This document shows, one piece after another, positions 23,683 through 37,439 of a stretch of 64,000 nt of DNA. Both the position numbers and the translations under genes were made by a program. The stretch spans positions 9,548,001 to 9,612,000 of the forward strand of contig NC_043018.1 of NCBI RefSeq assembly GCF_006345805.1, written 5' to 3'. Source of the stretch: Octopus sinensis. Its lineage: Eukaryota. The notes below the pieces were generated by a model. That model worked only from the letters and a program-made list of their open reading frames with translations. It was not told the DNA's origin and did no database searches. Each line of letters begins with the position of its first letter. Position 1 is the stretch's first letter.

Positions 23683-24260
23683 TGCACCTTGGTTTAATTA
23701 AATTATTAGTTATTACTATGCTTACGGTATTATAATAGTACATTTTACTTTTCAAAAGAGAAAGTGTTTCGTACTCAGACATTTCCAGTTGATATCAAGT
23801 TTTGTTCATTATGAAAGGTGTTTGAAGTGTAAAGGACATAGGGTATACAATAGCTGAGTCTAGGGTGTGCCTGTGTCTGTGTGTGAAGGTTTGGGTGGGC
23901 GAAGGTGTGACAATTTCAAAGCATGACTACTCGTATAGTTGTGTTAAAGGTATTTTAAATGTGCATTCAGTCGTTCATTAACACACGTACACACACAGAT
24001 ACATGCTCGCTCACCCACTCGCTCTCTTTCTCACCATGTACGCGCAATTCATTCTCACCTACATTTATACGTGCATACATGTAGCTGTGTGTGTGTGTGT
24101 GTATGTATTAATAGTCGGCAGAAAATGACTGACGCAAGAGCCGAAAGTTTCGTTGTTCATTGTCACATAATATAGTGATAAGCGCCAATGCACGAAATTC
24201 TTGGAACTTCAGTCACTCTGTCATTTCTGCCGAGTATTAGTAAATATATATAACCACACA

Positions 24261-24420
24261 CGTTCCGAGTTCAAATTCCGCCGAGGTCGACTTTGCCTTT
24301 CATCGTTTCGGGGTCGATAAATTAAGTACCAGTTACGTACTGGGGTCGATGTAATCGACTTAATCCCTTTGTCTGTCCTTGTTTGTCCCCTCTATGTTTA
24401 ACCCCTTGTGGGTAGTTAAG
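24261..24420 (+). mobile_element. SINE family B, 5'-truncated, with TSD of about 19 bp
   Basis: aaatatatataaccacaca at 24242-24260 and 24421-24439. Confidence 0.85.
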
Positions 24421-24432
24421 AAATATATATAA

Positions 24433-24466
<34 letters not shown>

Positions 24467-24944
24467 CGATGTGTTCGACTGAAACTCTTCAAGACTATGA
24501 CTGCATTCAAATGACCGAAACAATTGAAAAGATACACACAACACACACACACGCACGCACGCAGGTTGTTTTATATTTGAATTTAAAATTTTAAGCGCTT
24601 AAAACAATCTTGTTGAGAAAATATGTAGAGTCCGTTCCTCATTTGTAACAGTAATTGTACTTGAAATATATTGTGCAATTAAAATCATGTACAATTAATA
24701 AAACACTGCAGTCGAAGGGAAGATCGTTAGTCATAATAATAATTAAATAATTATGATGATGGAAAAACTTCATTAATTTTTGCTGAATAATTTCTGCATC
24801 AACGGTGGCCGTCTGTCTGCCGGGACAAATGGCATATTTTCTCATTTTATTGGTTTGTATAAGGTGTGTGTGTGTGTGTGTGTGTGGCTATTGTATCAGT
24901 AGTGTTGCTACGTCATGCAATTGCCTAACCTTGTGTCTGCGCAC

Positions 24945-25432
24945 TATTCCGTTTCTTTAAGTTCTGAGTTCAAATTTCGCCGGGGTCGACTTTCCCTTTC
25001 ATCCTTTCGGGGTCCATAAAAGAAGAGCCAGTTGAACACTGGGGTTGGTGTAATCGGCTTACCCTTCCCCAGAAATTGCTGGCCTTGTGCTAAAAATTTT
25101 GAAACCATTTTTATTATTATTTCAACGCGGTGAGCTGGCAGAATCGTTAGCACGCCGGGCGAAATGCGTAGCCTTATTTCGTCTGCCGTTACGTTCTGAG
25201 TTCAAATTCCGCCGAGGTTGACTTTGCCTTTCATCTTTTCGGGGTCGATTAAATGTATCAGTTACGCACTGGGGTCGATATAATCAACTTTATTCGTTTG
25301 TCTGTCCTTGTTTGTCCCCTCTATGTTTAGCCCCTTGTGGGTAGTAAAGAAATAGGTATTTCGTCCGTCTATACGTTCTGAGTTGAAGCTCCGCCGGTGT
25401 CGACTTTGTTTTTCATCCTTTCGAGGTCGATT
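24945..25432 (+). mobile_element. Cluster of three family B units, head to tail
   Basis: Short form, then a full long form, then a truncated unit starting atttcgtcc. Confidence 0.8.
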
Positions 25433-26768
25433 TGTTTATTTTTGTAATTTTTTTTTTTTGTCAAAAATCCCCGTTTTCGGATACGGAGGTTCCGGAAATT
25501 TGCCAAACATCAGCAATGTGAAATTTCCCTCACTTTCCCCCCAACTTCTTCAATTTTGACTTTTTTCCCCAACCCTAACCCTAAAACCCTAACCCTGAAA
25601 CTGTAACCGAAATTACAGAAATGTTTTGAAATTTTTGTCCGAATAATGATGTCCATATTTTTCCGCATAAAATTTTTATACTTGAATATTATTAAGAATT
25701 GTATTCAAAAAAGAAACTGTTAAAATATTTTGTGTATTGTAGAAATACAACCAGTTTATTGCACATAAATATTAACAACAAATTCTTATATAGACCTCTA
25801 AGGGCCATATGGATCCCTGTTGTATGAACCACTGCTGTAGACATTCCTTTATATGTCAGACGGCAAGTGAGAGATGTCAGACTGTCTCCCCGCCTACCGC
25901 AGCAGCAAGTGGTAGGTGTTAAGTGTTGCCTATCGAACTCTTCACCTCCAGCCCTGAAATCATAAACGGCTAAATATATTCACCAAGATTTATCCATTTT
26001 TCTCTGAAATAATTACTATTCTCCCCTCTTTCCCTTATCATCTCCTTTTCTCCCTTGTACCTCTCCCTCATCGCTCCTCCACCTCCTTCCTTTTCTCTTC
26101 TCTTTCTCCCCTGTTTCAACTCAGGTCTTATCAGATTTACAATAGAATGGGCTCCGACTTGGCAGCAAGTAAATAAGAAATTCCATAAATATCGATATGC
26201 TTCAGCTGTACAAGACAACTTCATTCTTTCCATTCTAACCAATATCCAACCAACTAACCAACCGATTAAACCAATTGGGTGTGCAAAACAGGCGCTGAAT
26301 TCCTTCATGTCTTCTACATAGATTAAATGTGACAATGAGAAATCACACGCTGGAGAAAGTTTTGTATTAAATAAATAATACATCAAGCTGGAGTGCTACG
26401 TTGTATCACAAATTATCCTCCAGAAATTTTAATGATATGTGTCTTTTAAATAATTTAGTACTGCACTTTAGACGCTCGCCATTTGTAATTCAGAAAAAGA
26501 AGAAAAAAAAAAAAAAATGGCGTCGCCGCCATAGTTTTTCTTACGCCTTTGCAACTTGGCTGAGTCGCTTCAGTTGCTGTTCAGAATTTCAGTTCAACAA
26601 GCAAAGGAATTCGGAAAATGCGATGCATGCGGTTTGTTATGTGTTGCATGCATTTCCGCGCGTGCGTGTGTTTTGTGTGTGTCTGTGTGTTGTGTCTGTG
26701 TTGGCTATGTGTGTGTTGTGTTTGCGTGCGCGTGTGTGTGTATTACACATACTTATATATGCGTATAC

Positions 26769-26774
26769 AATAAC

Positions 26775-26806
<32 letters not shown>

Positions 26807-26875
26807 TAATAATGATAATAATAATAATGATAATAATAATAATAATGATAATAATAATAATAATAATGATAATGC

Positions 26876-26906
<31 letters not shown>

Positions 26907-26928
26907 ATAATAATAAAAATGATAATGC

Positions 26929-26973
<45 letters not shown>

Positions 26974-26985
26974 TAATGATAATGC

Positions 26986-27024
<39 letters not shown>

Positions 27025-27260
27025 TAATAATAATAATAATAATGAAATGCTAATAATAATAATAATAATAATGATAATAATAATAATAATGATAATGCTA
27101 ATAATAATAATAATAATAATGATAATGCTAATAATAAATAATATAATAATAATAATAATAATGATAATAATAATAATGATAATGCTAATAATAATAATAA
27201 TAATAATAATAATGATAATAATAATAATAATGATAATAATAATAATGATAATAATAATAA
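26769..27260. repeat. (AAT)n array of about 490 bp with periodic GAT/GCT variants
   Basis: Read directly; aatgataatgctaataataat recurs. Confidence 0.95.
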
Positions 27261-27419
27261 ACACTTGCAATGTGTGTATATGTGCAGTTGTGCGTGTGTG
27301 TGCATGTATGTTGCATGTATGTGCCTGTATGCCTATGTATATAATTTATGTATGTGTATATTTATGCAATCCATGTTGCATATAAACATATGTAGTATAT
27401 GTTGCACACACGCATAACA

Positions 27420-27924
27420 CATACGTTATGATCTATCTTTTCTTGCTTCTTGTTTATATATATATGTGTATGTATGTAATATTATGTATGTATGTATGTT
27501 ATATATTACATTTAGTATGTAATATATATATAGTGTATGTATGTATATATATATATGTATGTTTTATGTATGTATATATATATGTATGTATGTATGTATA
27601 TTATATATGTATGTATGTATATATAATATATATATTGTATGTATGTATGTGCGTATGTATGTAATGTATGTATATATATATATATGTATGTTATGTGCGT
27701 ATGTATGTATGTATTGTATAATATATATTATGTATGTGTGTGTATATAGTAATATGTATGTGTATATATATATGTAATGGTGTGTATATATATATATGTA
27801 TGTGTGTGTATATTATATGTATGTGTATATATATATATGTGTGTGTGTGTATATTATATATATATATATATAATATATATGTGTGTGTGTGTGTGTGTAT
27901 ATATGTGTGTGTATATATATATGT

Positions 27925-27996
<72 letters not shown>
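27420..27996. repeat. (TA)/(TG)/(TATG) low-complexity array
   Basis: Read directly. Confidence 0.95.
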
Positions 27997-27998
<2 letters not shown>

Positions 27999-28849
27999 GA
28001 AAAAAATCAGGAAAAGAAAGTTCTTTTATGTGGAGTTTACTTCTCTGCAACTCCACAAAAAAAGGAGACCAAATCGTTAACGAACTGGAATGGCATTTAT
28101 CGATTGCAGAGAATCTCCGTCTGGTCTCTTCAAAATCCTACCCAACAAGCCGTAAAACCGTTAACCTTTCCGCATACGGATAGATTTACGTGACATTGAT
28201 ATTGATGTGGCTACTGCTCCTGCGTGATGCCGATAGCAATAATAATAATGGCTGACCGAGCTTCGATTTCGCCTGTCACTGACTGGATGAAGAATTCTAT
28301 GTAATGGAATTCCTTATCCAACTGATGCTTCACTGGAATTGTCAGAGTCACGATGTCATGTCACCGTGATAGAATTCCAGCGTGTCATTGTGTTACCGTT
28401 TCATTGTAGCACGATTTCGCCATAACTAAGAAAGGCATGGCTTCGGCAATAGTATCTTTTACTTGTTTCAATCATTGGACTGCGACCATTCTGGGGTTTG
28501 AAGAGTCTTTTTTTTTTTTTTTGATCGAACATATTAACCCCAGGACTTAATCTTTGTGAGCCTAATATTTATTCTATCGGTCTCTTTTGCCGAACCGCTA
28601 AGTTACAGGGATGTAAGCACAACACCAACGCCGGTTGTCAGGCGGTGATGAGGTGGAGACAAATACAGACACACACACAAACACACACACACATACAACA
28701 GGATTCTTTCAGTTTCCGTCTACCAAATCAAGTTTGGTACTTATTCTATCGGTTATCTTTCCCTGAAACCGTTTGGTACGGGGAGATAAACAAACCAACT
28801 GCAGCTGTCAATTGATGTGGGACAATAAAGACAAATACCAACCTTCTAA

Positions 28850-29005
28850 GTTCTTTTATAGGGCTTAGAAAAACTGAAGGGCCACTGTAATAAGTGTGTA
28901 AATCTGAGAGGAGAATATGTTGAATAAAATCATAATTAACTGATCCCCCTGTATTTTCTTTTACCCAAAGCTAGGAGCTTTTCAGAACCCCTCCCTCGTG
29001 TGCGT
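28850..29005 (+). mobile_element. Mariner-derived MITE, partial
   Basis: Same sequence as about 7070-7212. Confidence 0.8.
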
Positions 29006-29159
29006 GTGTGTAGAGAGAGAGAGAGGAGAGAGAGAGAGAGAAGAGAGAGAGAGGAGAGGAGAGAGAGAGAGAGATAGAGAGAGAGACCAATAAGAAAATG
29101 GAAGGGATCAATAGGTGCTTCATCACCTTTTATATATACACACACACACACATACATAT

Positions 29160-29915
29160 ATAGGCGCAGGTTTAGCTGTGTGGTAAGTAGCTTGCTTACG
29201 AACCACATGGTTCCGGGTTCAGTCCCACTGCGTGGAACCTTGGGCAAGTGTCTTCTTACTATAGCCTCGGGCCGACCAAAGCCTTGTGAGTGGATTTGGT
29301 AGCCGGGCGATATGCTTAGCAGTATTTCATCTGCCGTTACGTTCTGAGTTCAAATTCAGCTGAGGTCGACTTTGCTTTCATTCCTTTCGGGGTCGAGAAA
29401 TTAATTACTAGTTGAGTACTGGGGGTCGTTGTAATCGACTTACCCCCTCCGCCAAATCTGAGGCCTTGTGCCTATAGTAGAAAGGATTGTAATTGGAAGA
29501 CGGTGAGCTTATCGGTATTTCCTCTGTCTTCATGTTCTGAGTTCAAATTCCGCCGAGGTTGACTTTCCCTTTCATCCTTTCGGAGTCGATGAAATAAGTA
29601 CCAGTTGAACACTGGGGTTGATGTAATCGACTAGTCCCCTGCCCCCAAATTGCTGCCCTTGTGGCAAAATTTGAAACTATTATTATTATTTATTATTAAG
29701 GCGGCGAGGTGGCAGAGTCGTTACCACGCCGGTTGATATGATTAACAGCATTTCATCTGTCCATAGGTACTGAGTTCAAATTCCGATGGAGTCGACTTTG
29801 CCTTTCATCCTTTCGGGGTTGATAAATTAAGTACCAGTTGAGTACTGGGGTCGATGTAATCGACTTAACTCCTACCCCAACATTTCAAGCCTTGTGGTTT
29901 TAATAGAAACGATTA
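29160..29915 (+). mobile_element. Family A head fused to three tandem family B short-form units
   Basis: A head at about 29160-29300, then B units at about 29300, 29510 and 29698. Confidence 0.8.
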
Positions 29916-29960
29916 TTATTATTATTATTATTATTATGGGAGGGAGAGAGAGTTTGTGTA

Positions 29961-29998
<38 letters not shown>

Positions 29999-30582
29999 TA
30001 CTCTATTGAACATCAGTCACCCTTGTACTTGGAGTGCTTCGAAAATGTTTAGCAATTGTTCCAAGCTGTGACCTTGTTCATGAAGCGTAGTTATGGAATA
30101 ACAATTATGCAATAATACCCACTGAACCTGTAAAATCCAACGACTATAAGCTGGCATATACACCTTCTCGGGCCATGGACCGAGGTGAATTTTTGAGGCT
30201 AAAAACGCCAATTTTTAACATTACTGGACATTTTTTTTAGCAAAATCCGGGGATCTCGAGAATAATTTCAGGTTTAAGAAATATGAACGTACTTTCACAG
30301 AAGATCCGCAAATCGTGAATTTACAGTACTCTATAAGTATTTACTCTGAATCGATGAGTACAGCATGAAGGATCAAAACTAAAGACTGTATGCATACCAG
30401 TAATTAAAATGTTACCATGTAATTTTAGTGGTTACACCTGTGCTTTTTAAAAAATCAATAGGAATACCGATAAGAACATTTGTACCAAGTGATGACAGTT
30501 GTTTAATATTTGTGTCAATTAATTTTGTTTACGAGAGGTTCATTCACACACACACACACACACACACCACACACACACACCA

Positions 30583-30626
<44 letters not shown>

Positions 30627-31440
30627 GATGTGATTCATTTCGCATGGTTTTCAGCTATGCTGTGAGTTTTTTTTAAAATTTTAAATACTGCATTTTAAAG
30701 CCCAAAAACGGTTAAACAAAACATACATTAAATGTATGTGATCGATAATGTTTATGTTTTTAGAGCCGTTTCCAAGTCAAATTTAATTCAAAAGCGTATT
30801 GCTGATGTCTGCGATTTTTTGAACAGTGGCATACTCATCGCTCCATTTAATTAATTATTGATTTTCTTAAATAGGGTGGAGCACCGAGTGACTTTCTTTG
30901 TAAAAATATATCTTAAAACATTCTCGCGATCAATTCATGCATGACAGGCAAACGAGCCGTGGTTAACTTCTGTAAGGTTAAAAATCTAGGATCAAATTTT
31001 TGGCTTCTATTACGGCATATACGGTATATTGATGACTGATTGAAATAAAAACCTCCATCGAGTTGACCTGATCAGTCCTGTTGTAAGATGCATAGACTTA
31101 GCTTATGTAAGAGGCACCGATTTAGATTAAGATCCTTGGCTCCAGTTTATGTACGACGCATAAATTTAGTTTGTTTAAGACCCATAGATTTAGCTTATAT
31201 AAGACGCATCGATTTTATCCAGTCATTGGATTACGGTCATTATGAGGCACAGCGTTGAAGTGTTTTTGTCTGACGAATCGACTGCCGGTGCTTATTTTTA
31301 TTTAGAGTCTGGAGACACTTGTCGAAGGTGCTGACCAGTGAGACTGAACTGGAAACTACGTGGTTGCAAAGCGAACTTCTTAGCTGCACAGTTTTGCCTG
31401 CGCCTATGAGGAGATTTGACTGCTACTTCTAGCATATTAA

Positions 31441-32250
31441 GTGGCTGCCTCATTGGCTTTAACCTCCACTGTTAGTATTCGTGAAAGCAGTCTCTTAATG
31501 GAGGAAGATGTTGCAAGTGAGAGGTGTCAGCTGATTTCATTGGACCAATCAGAAATGCTTTCGATCAGTCTGATCAATTTTCAGGGTGTCGCCTATTTGC
31601 CGGAAGTGCAAAATTTTCGGGGGACTGGGTTGATGCCCTGCCTGCAGCCAACGTTGGTGGTCTACTCAGTCTGGATGAGAACCATATCTCCATTGCCGAT
31701 GTCTGTGGGGGACTGACTGAGATGTCTCTGTGATGGGCCCTTCCACCCAACAGGCCTTCATGGTTTGTCTTGACGTTTCGCTCGTCACACTGAACTAAAT
31801 CTGATCATTAAGCAGGCCCTGGCTTGGGTAAATACCTCCTCAGTTCTTGAGCTGGCGGGATTTTTATCGAGAAGTGATGGGAAGAGACTAGATGGTCTTA
31901 CCTTTTGTCCCAGGGTAAGAGATATGTGCCTCATCTGAGACGTCACAGTATGTAACTCCTTTGCTCCCTCCCACATCCTGTATTCTGCAGTAAATGGGAA
32001 GGTCACTGCTTCCGTAACTGAACGGAACAAAATCCTTAATTATCGGAACTTGTCAATGAACCATCTTCTCTCCCAGTCTGTGGCGTTTGAAACATTTGGA
32101 TGTGATGGACCGCTGACAGCAAAGTTCTTGTCGCTTTATCGAGGTGTCAGGTGATGCCTCTGAGGGTGTTTGGCTGTTCCATTGTCTTAGTCTCACCATC
32201 GCCCGCGGGAATGTCGCGAGCACTTTCGTTGATTCTAAGATAGACCGATT
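31441..32250 (+). mobile_element. CRE-clade non-LTR retrotransposon 3' region (decayed)
   Basis: GDWVDALPAANVG, RHTELNLIIKQAL, RSDGKRLDGLT, LI*DVT, AFETFG, LSLTIARGNVAS are CRE-type zinc-knuckle/RLE motifs. Confidence 0.8.
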
Positions 32251-32873
32251 GATGCGATTAGTATTAAATTGCTTTTTTTTTTTTTACCTTTTTTCTTTCT
32301 TCGCTCCTGATTATATTTTCTATTGTTTTGGATTAATATTTTAATGTAAAATATTTACGTGATTCAGTCTGCTGTCACCGGAAAATACAATCTTTAGTTT
32401 AAATTGTTAAATAGTTCACATATTGACTTGTATTTTTTTAACAAAATATTTTAGCATTTTTGTTTTTTTATGATTCTTCGTTTCAGACTTTTTGACCTGA
32501 AAATAGTATTTGTTCTACTGGCAACAGATTGTCGATAAAATCTCTCTCTCTCTCTCTCTGTCACGCTTACACACATATGTATATGTGTGTGTGTATATGT
32601 GTTTGTGTGTGCATGGATGTGTGCATAAATCTACTCATATATGCTTATATATACACGCATATGCATATATGTGTCTGTATGCGTGTATATATATATATAT
32701 ATGTGAAGAGTATGCAAATGTTCTTTTAAAAAAACTTCTTTTAATTTTTCCAGAATTTAATTGTTTTCCATATTTAAAGTTGAAAGAGTCTCAATGACTG
32801 AAACCGGTACTGAAATGTTTTTTATAAAATTATTTTAGCATTTTCTATTTTGACTTTTTTTCTATATATATAT

Positions 32874-32909
<36 letters not shown>

Positions 32910-32914
32910 AGAGG

Positions 32915-33070
32915 GGGAGAATTCACAAAAAAAAGACGAAGACAGGTGGTGTAGACAAAAAATAGATGTATTAGTATAACGCTCGGGAAGTGAAAAAGTC
33001 TTTAACGTTTCGAGCCTACGCTCTTCCACAGAAAGGAACATAAAGAAAAAAGGAGAGAAAATAAAGACTG
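32915..33070 (-). mobile_element. Short PLE-derived repeat with HHR-like motif (33000-33035)
   Basis: On - strand: cttt-CTGTGGA-A-GAGC-GTAG-GCTC-GAAA-CG-TT-aaag. Confidence 0.75.
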
Positions 33071-33321
33071 TGTAGTGGCTAGCGATCTATCATGGCGACT
33101 GCCGGACAGAACGATCATACAGGATGTGTGCGCGCGCGTACAAAAATGCGTATGTATGTGCATATTTGTGCCTATACACACATATACACGTATATATGCA
33201 ACCACCAGTGTTCCTTCTAAAACCTACATATCTGTAGGTCTCTACATATATGTGCAAATGAATGGCGATGCCTAATTGACAGAAGCCCTCAAGACACATT
33301 CATATGTGAAGAAAGGACATG

Positions 33322-33397
33322 ATGGTCGTAACTGGAATATCTTTTATCATAGGTCTGCTGGGTCAGTATTGATAAAAGATATTCCAGCGACGACCAT
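33322..33397. other. 76-nt hairpin (28-bp arms, 26/28 matched, 20-nt loop) derived from repeat family G
   Basis: atggtcgtaactggaatatcttttatca ... tgataaaagatattccagcgacgaccat. Confidence 0.8.
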
Positions 33398-33949
33398 TTG
33401 ACATAGAGCTAAAGAACCACAACGAGAACAGTACAACTGATTATCCAAAAAGCTTACATGTGGTTTACTCGACCTGCTGCAAATAATAACCAAATTCCTT
33501 TTTCAAATCACATCTTGTCTTTAAAGAGAAAGCACATATTTTATATGTCTGATAAAAAAAGAAGAAAAACTACAACAAAAAGAACAAAAACAAAATTAAG
33601 GGTTGGTCACAGGTGGAACGTCACTAAATGTCTACGTAATCATACAAGGCCTGCTGACCTTGACCTTAGGCTATAAACAACCAACAGCAAACAATTTTGA
33701 CATTTATTTTCATATCAGGAAAGTAATCTTTGTGTTGCAGTATATTCCTGGTATCGACATTATGTTTAACATTGAAAGAAGTCAGGTTTTGAAACTGGAA
33801 ACGTGATATACCATCAAAATCACTGCCCAAACATTTTCGTCTGCACCACACTTGCCGCCTTTTTTCCCCCCATACAATATGGCTACTGTCCCTCGTAATT
33901 CTGTCTCGCTGTTCCTTTATTGCTGACATAAACAGCACCTTTATACAGT

Positions 33950-34700
33950 CTCCCTCTTTCTCTTTTACTCACATAGTCTCTCTTTCGAACTCCCCCCTCA
34001 CCCACCCCCCACCACAATCTCACTATATTTCTTTCCCTCATCATCTTTCTTATCACTTCTCTGCATCACATCTCTTTCTCGCTCTCTCTCTCTTTCCCAC
34101 ACACATACACAGTCTATCTTCTTCAATGCTTCTCCTTCTCTCTCTATCTCTCTCTCTCTCTCTCTCTGTTATCACCATTCTCTTTCTTATCACTCATCCG
34201 CATCACACGCAGACATACTCACACAAACACACTTATTCTCACTTCCCCTCTCTCACTTATTACTTCTCTCCCTTCCCCCTCACACTGATTCTATCTACTC
34301 TCCCCCTTCTTTCTTACAAACACTCCTTTCTTTCCTCTCCTTCCCCTCTCTGACACTTATTCTTTCTTCTCTTTCCCTCCGTCTTTCACCCTGCTTAGCT
34401 CTCCCTCTATTCCTCTCACACTCACAGCTTCTCTCTCTCTCTCTTCCCTTTCTCTATTCTTCTCCCTTCCCTTCCCACCTGTTCTTTAGTTGCTGAACTT
34501 CTTCACACTTCGTCCCTTTCCCCCTCCCATATTACATACCTTGTTTTCACTACTACCCTCCTCCTCCCCCCCCTCCCTCCTCCTCCCCTCCCTCCTCCTC
34601 CTCCCCTCCCTCCTCCTCCTCCCCTCCCCCTCCTCCTCCCCTCCCCCTCCCCCTCCTCCAAGACCACCAACATCTCCGCCACCGCCTCCCCCACCTAAAT
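33950..34700. repeat. CT-rich low-complexity tract ending in a (CCT)n/poly-C block
   Basis: Read directly. Confidence 0.9.
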
Positions 34701-35089
34701 TATAACATCCTCCAATATTTATTACATTGAAATGTCATTGTTGTTCAAACATGCAATAAAGACATTCGCACTGAAAGTTGCATATAATTATCATTATATT
34801 ATCATATATTAAAATACATTACGGTTCTCACAACAAAACTGTCGCCACAACCCCCTTTCCTCCTCCACCACCACCATCACCATTCGTTGTGTTTGAAACA
34901 CAACTCTATTTAGATAGACGTTAACAATCGAACGCAGATCTAACCTTACCCTTTCCTGCTTTAAATACTAATAAAATAACCACAATAGACCGCCGTCCCC
35001 TCGCAGGTTTGGCTGTGGTAAGAGGTTTGCTTCCCAACCCCATGCCATCAAGTTCAGTCCCGCCCCATGTCACCTTGGCAAGTGTCTTC

Positions 35090-35600
35090 GGATCTTTTTC
35101 GGTTTGAACGGCAGTTTTTTAGAATAATTTCCACGTAACTAAACACTTTTAAACTTCGTATACTGGTAGAATGTGTTTATAAAAAAATCTTTCTCTCTTG
35201 GCTTTATTGAGAAAATTCTATAGTTTGTAAGATATTTGTTTTTTTCTTCAATTTCTGCAATTTCAACCAATCAATGACGTCCTTTGAGGTGAAACACATT
35301 CTGTGCCGTATGAATATGTCCCTCGTTTAAGAAACAGATTGGGTTTATTTACATTTGTGAAGAAAAAAAGATACCCTTGCCCCCACCTCTAACCCTAACT
35401 AACCCTAAATCTAAAACAGATTGAAATGCAATAGATCGATGCTAGGGTCATAATTATGGGTGGCAATTTCATATGACACCGCTAGAGAAAATGGCAGTTT
35501 TTTCTAGCAGTGTCATGATATTGTCATCCATAATTATGACCCTAGTATCGATCTATTGCATTTCAATCTGTTTTAGATTTAGGGTTAGTTAGGGGTAGTT
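35090..35600 (-). mobile_element. GGATC-ended MITE with an inverted duplication at its far end
   Basis: TIR starts at 35090; 35391-35490 and 35498-35595 are inverted. Confidence 0.85.
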
Positions 35601-35859
35601 AGCTCAATAATAATAATCCTTTCCACTAAAGTCACAAGGCCAAAATTTGGGGGTGCGGGCTAGTCGATTACACTGACCCCCCAGTGATCGACTGATACTT
35701 ATTTTGTCGACACCCGAGAGGATAAAAGGCAAAGTCGACCTCGGCGGAATTTGAACTCTGGACAAACGAAATGCCGCTAACGATTCTTCTAGATACTATA
35801 TCAGTCTAAAGCGGCGAATCCAGGTAAAAAAGTCACAGGCGTTTTATCGGGTGGTCGGC

Positions 35860-36118
35860 GGGTATGATTAGGGTATTCGGCTCACGTTCGTATGATTGTG
35901 AGTTCAATTCCCGGCGACGCGTACACTTTATTTCACGTTGCTCCAATTCACTCAGCTGGCAAAAATGAGTTGTACCTGTATTTCAAAGGGACAGTCTTGT
36001 CACATTTTGTGTACGCATGTCTGTGGAGTGCTCAGCTACTTGCACGTTAATTTCAGGACCAGGCTGTTCCGTGGATCGGATCAACTGGAAGCCTCGTCGT
36101 CGTAACCGACGGAGTGCT
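35860..36118 (+). mobile_element. SINE family H
   Basis: Matches 10058-10380. Confidence 0.75.
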
Positions 36119-36405
36119 ACTGAATTCTTTGACGTTCATAGAGCCCTGGAAGCGAAAGAATCTTTCTCTCGTTGCCAAGGGTAAAAGAACTGAGGTGTTG
36201 TCGCTGTGTCGAAGTAGGATGAAAACTTTGCATACGACAAACTTGAAACATCTCAAAGCAACCATCACGTTAACAGATGATTAAAGATTAAACAATAAAC
36301 AATACAAATATATATTTTTTTAGGGTTGAGAGTGGGAGAAGCTTCAAAAAGACCTGACCTTTAGCCTGACTTTTTAACCTTCAATTAACTACCGAACTAC
36401 CGTTC

Positions 36406-36476
<71 letters not shown>

Positions 36477-36519
36477 TACGTGTGTAAGCAGTGTGTACGT
36501 GTGCGTGTTCGCATATCTA

Positions 36520-36607
<88 letters not shown>

Positions 36608-37439
36608 ATATATAATATATATATATATGGTGTGTGTGTATGTAAGCAGTGTGTACGTGTGCGTGTTCGCATATCTATATCTATCTATCTATATATATAT
36701 GTATGGATGAATGTGTATGTATACATATGTATCTTTATTGTATATGTGTATGTATGTATATATATGAATGTATGTATGCATTAGTACGTGTGTATCACAT
36801 GCATGAATGCCATGGAAATCATGTGGCTTATTATATTGATTTATTTATTTAGTTTACATGGCAATTTGTGAAGAATGCCATTATATAGATTTATCATAAC
36901 CCACTCACTCACTAGTTTAGCTGTATTTTTGGCAGCGGAACGAACAGGCCAATAACTCAATGCCAAAAAATATGGCAAAGGACTCCACTGGAAGAGCACC
37001 CGATTCGACGAAAGCTACACCAGACCTTTGCGTTCTGAGTTCAAATCCGCTTAAGGTCAACTTTACCTTCCATCTTTCCGTGGGTCAGTGAATGAAAGCA
37101 CAAATGCACCAGTCTTGCGTCGGTAGATTGTCGACATTGTTGGGTAATCGAACGGTCAATTGCCTCATGGTATCTGCTCCGGATTTACGTGTTTTGAGTT
37201 CGAAATCTTTCATCGGATTCCTGGTGACGGCAAACGGGTTCTTTTTGAATCAGTTATTGATGGGTAGAGTGTTCCAGACTTCCTGGTATTACGGAATTCG
37301 TCTCGGTTTTCAAACAATAGTCCTTATGGCCCAAAGGAATGCTTCAAACAGGCTTGGCGACGTTACCAGTTTCATCACCGACGACACACCGTCGGGAGAT
37401 ACTGCAGACCAAACCTCTATTCACTACACCGGTTGTGCG

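Noticed and set aside
26125-26168. Candidate + strand micro-exons with AG/GT boundaries (26125-26168, 36142-36180, about 60501-60585, about 62330-62361)
   Set aside because: Short AG...GT segments after pyrimidine tracts arise often by chance; no recognisable peptide and no consistent gene model.
26401-28080. Poly-Ile/Asn/Leu/Tyr and YI/CV-repeat ORFs (also at 3775-4292, 44361-44946, 62387-62917 and similar sites)
   Set aside because: Microsatellite translations.
30017-30211. 64-aa - strand ORF with a plausible acceptor; also the 90-aa ORF at 33666-33938
   Set aside because: No recognisable domain and no clear donor; may be DNA-transposon remnant or non-coding DNA.
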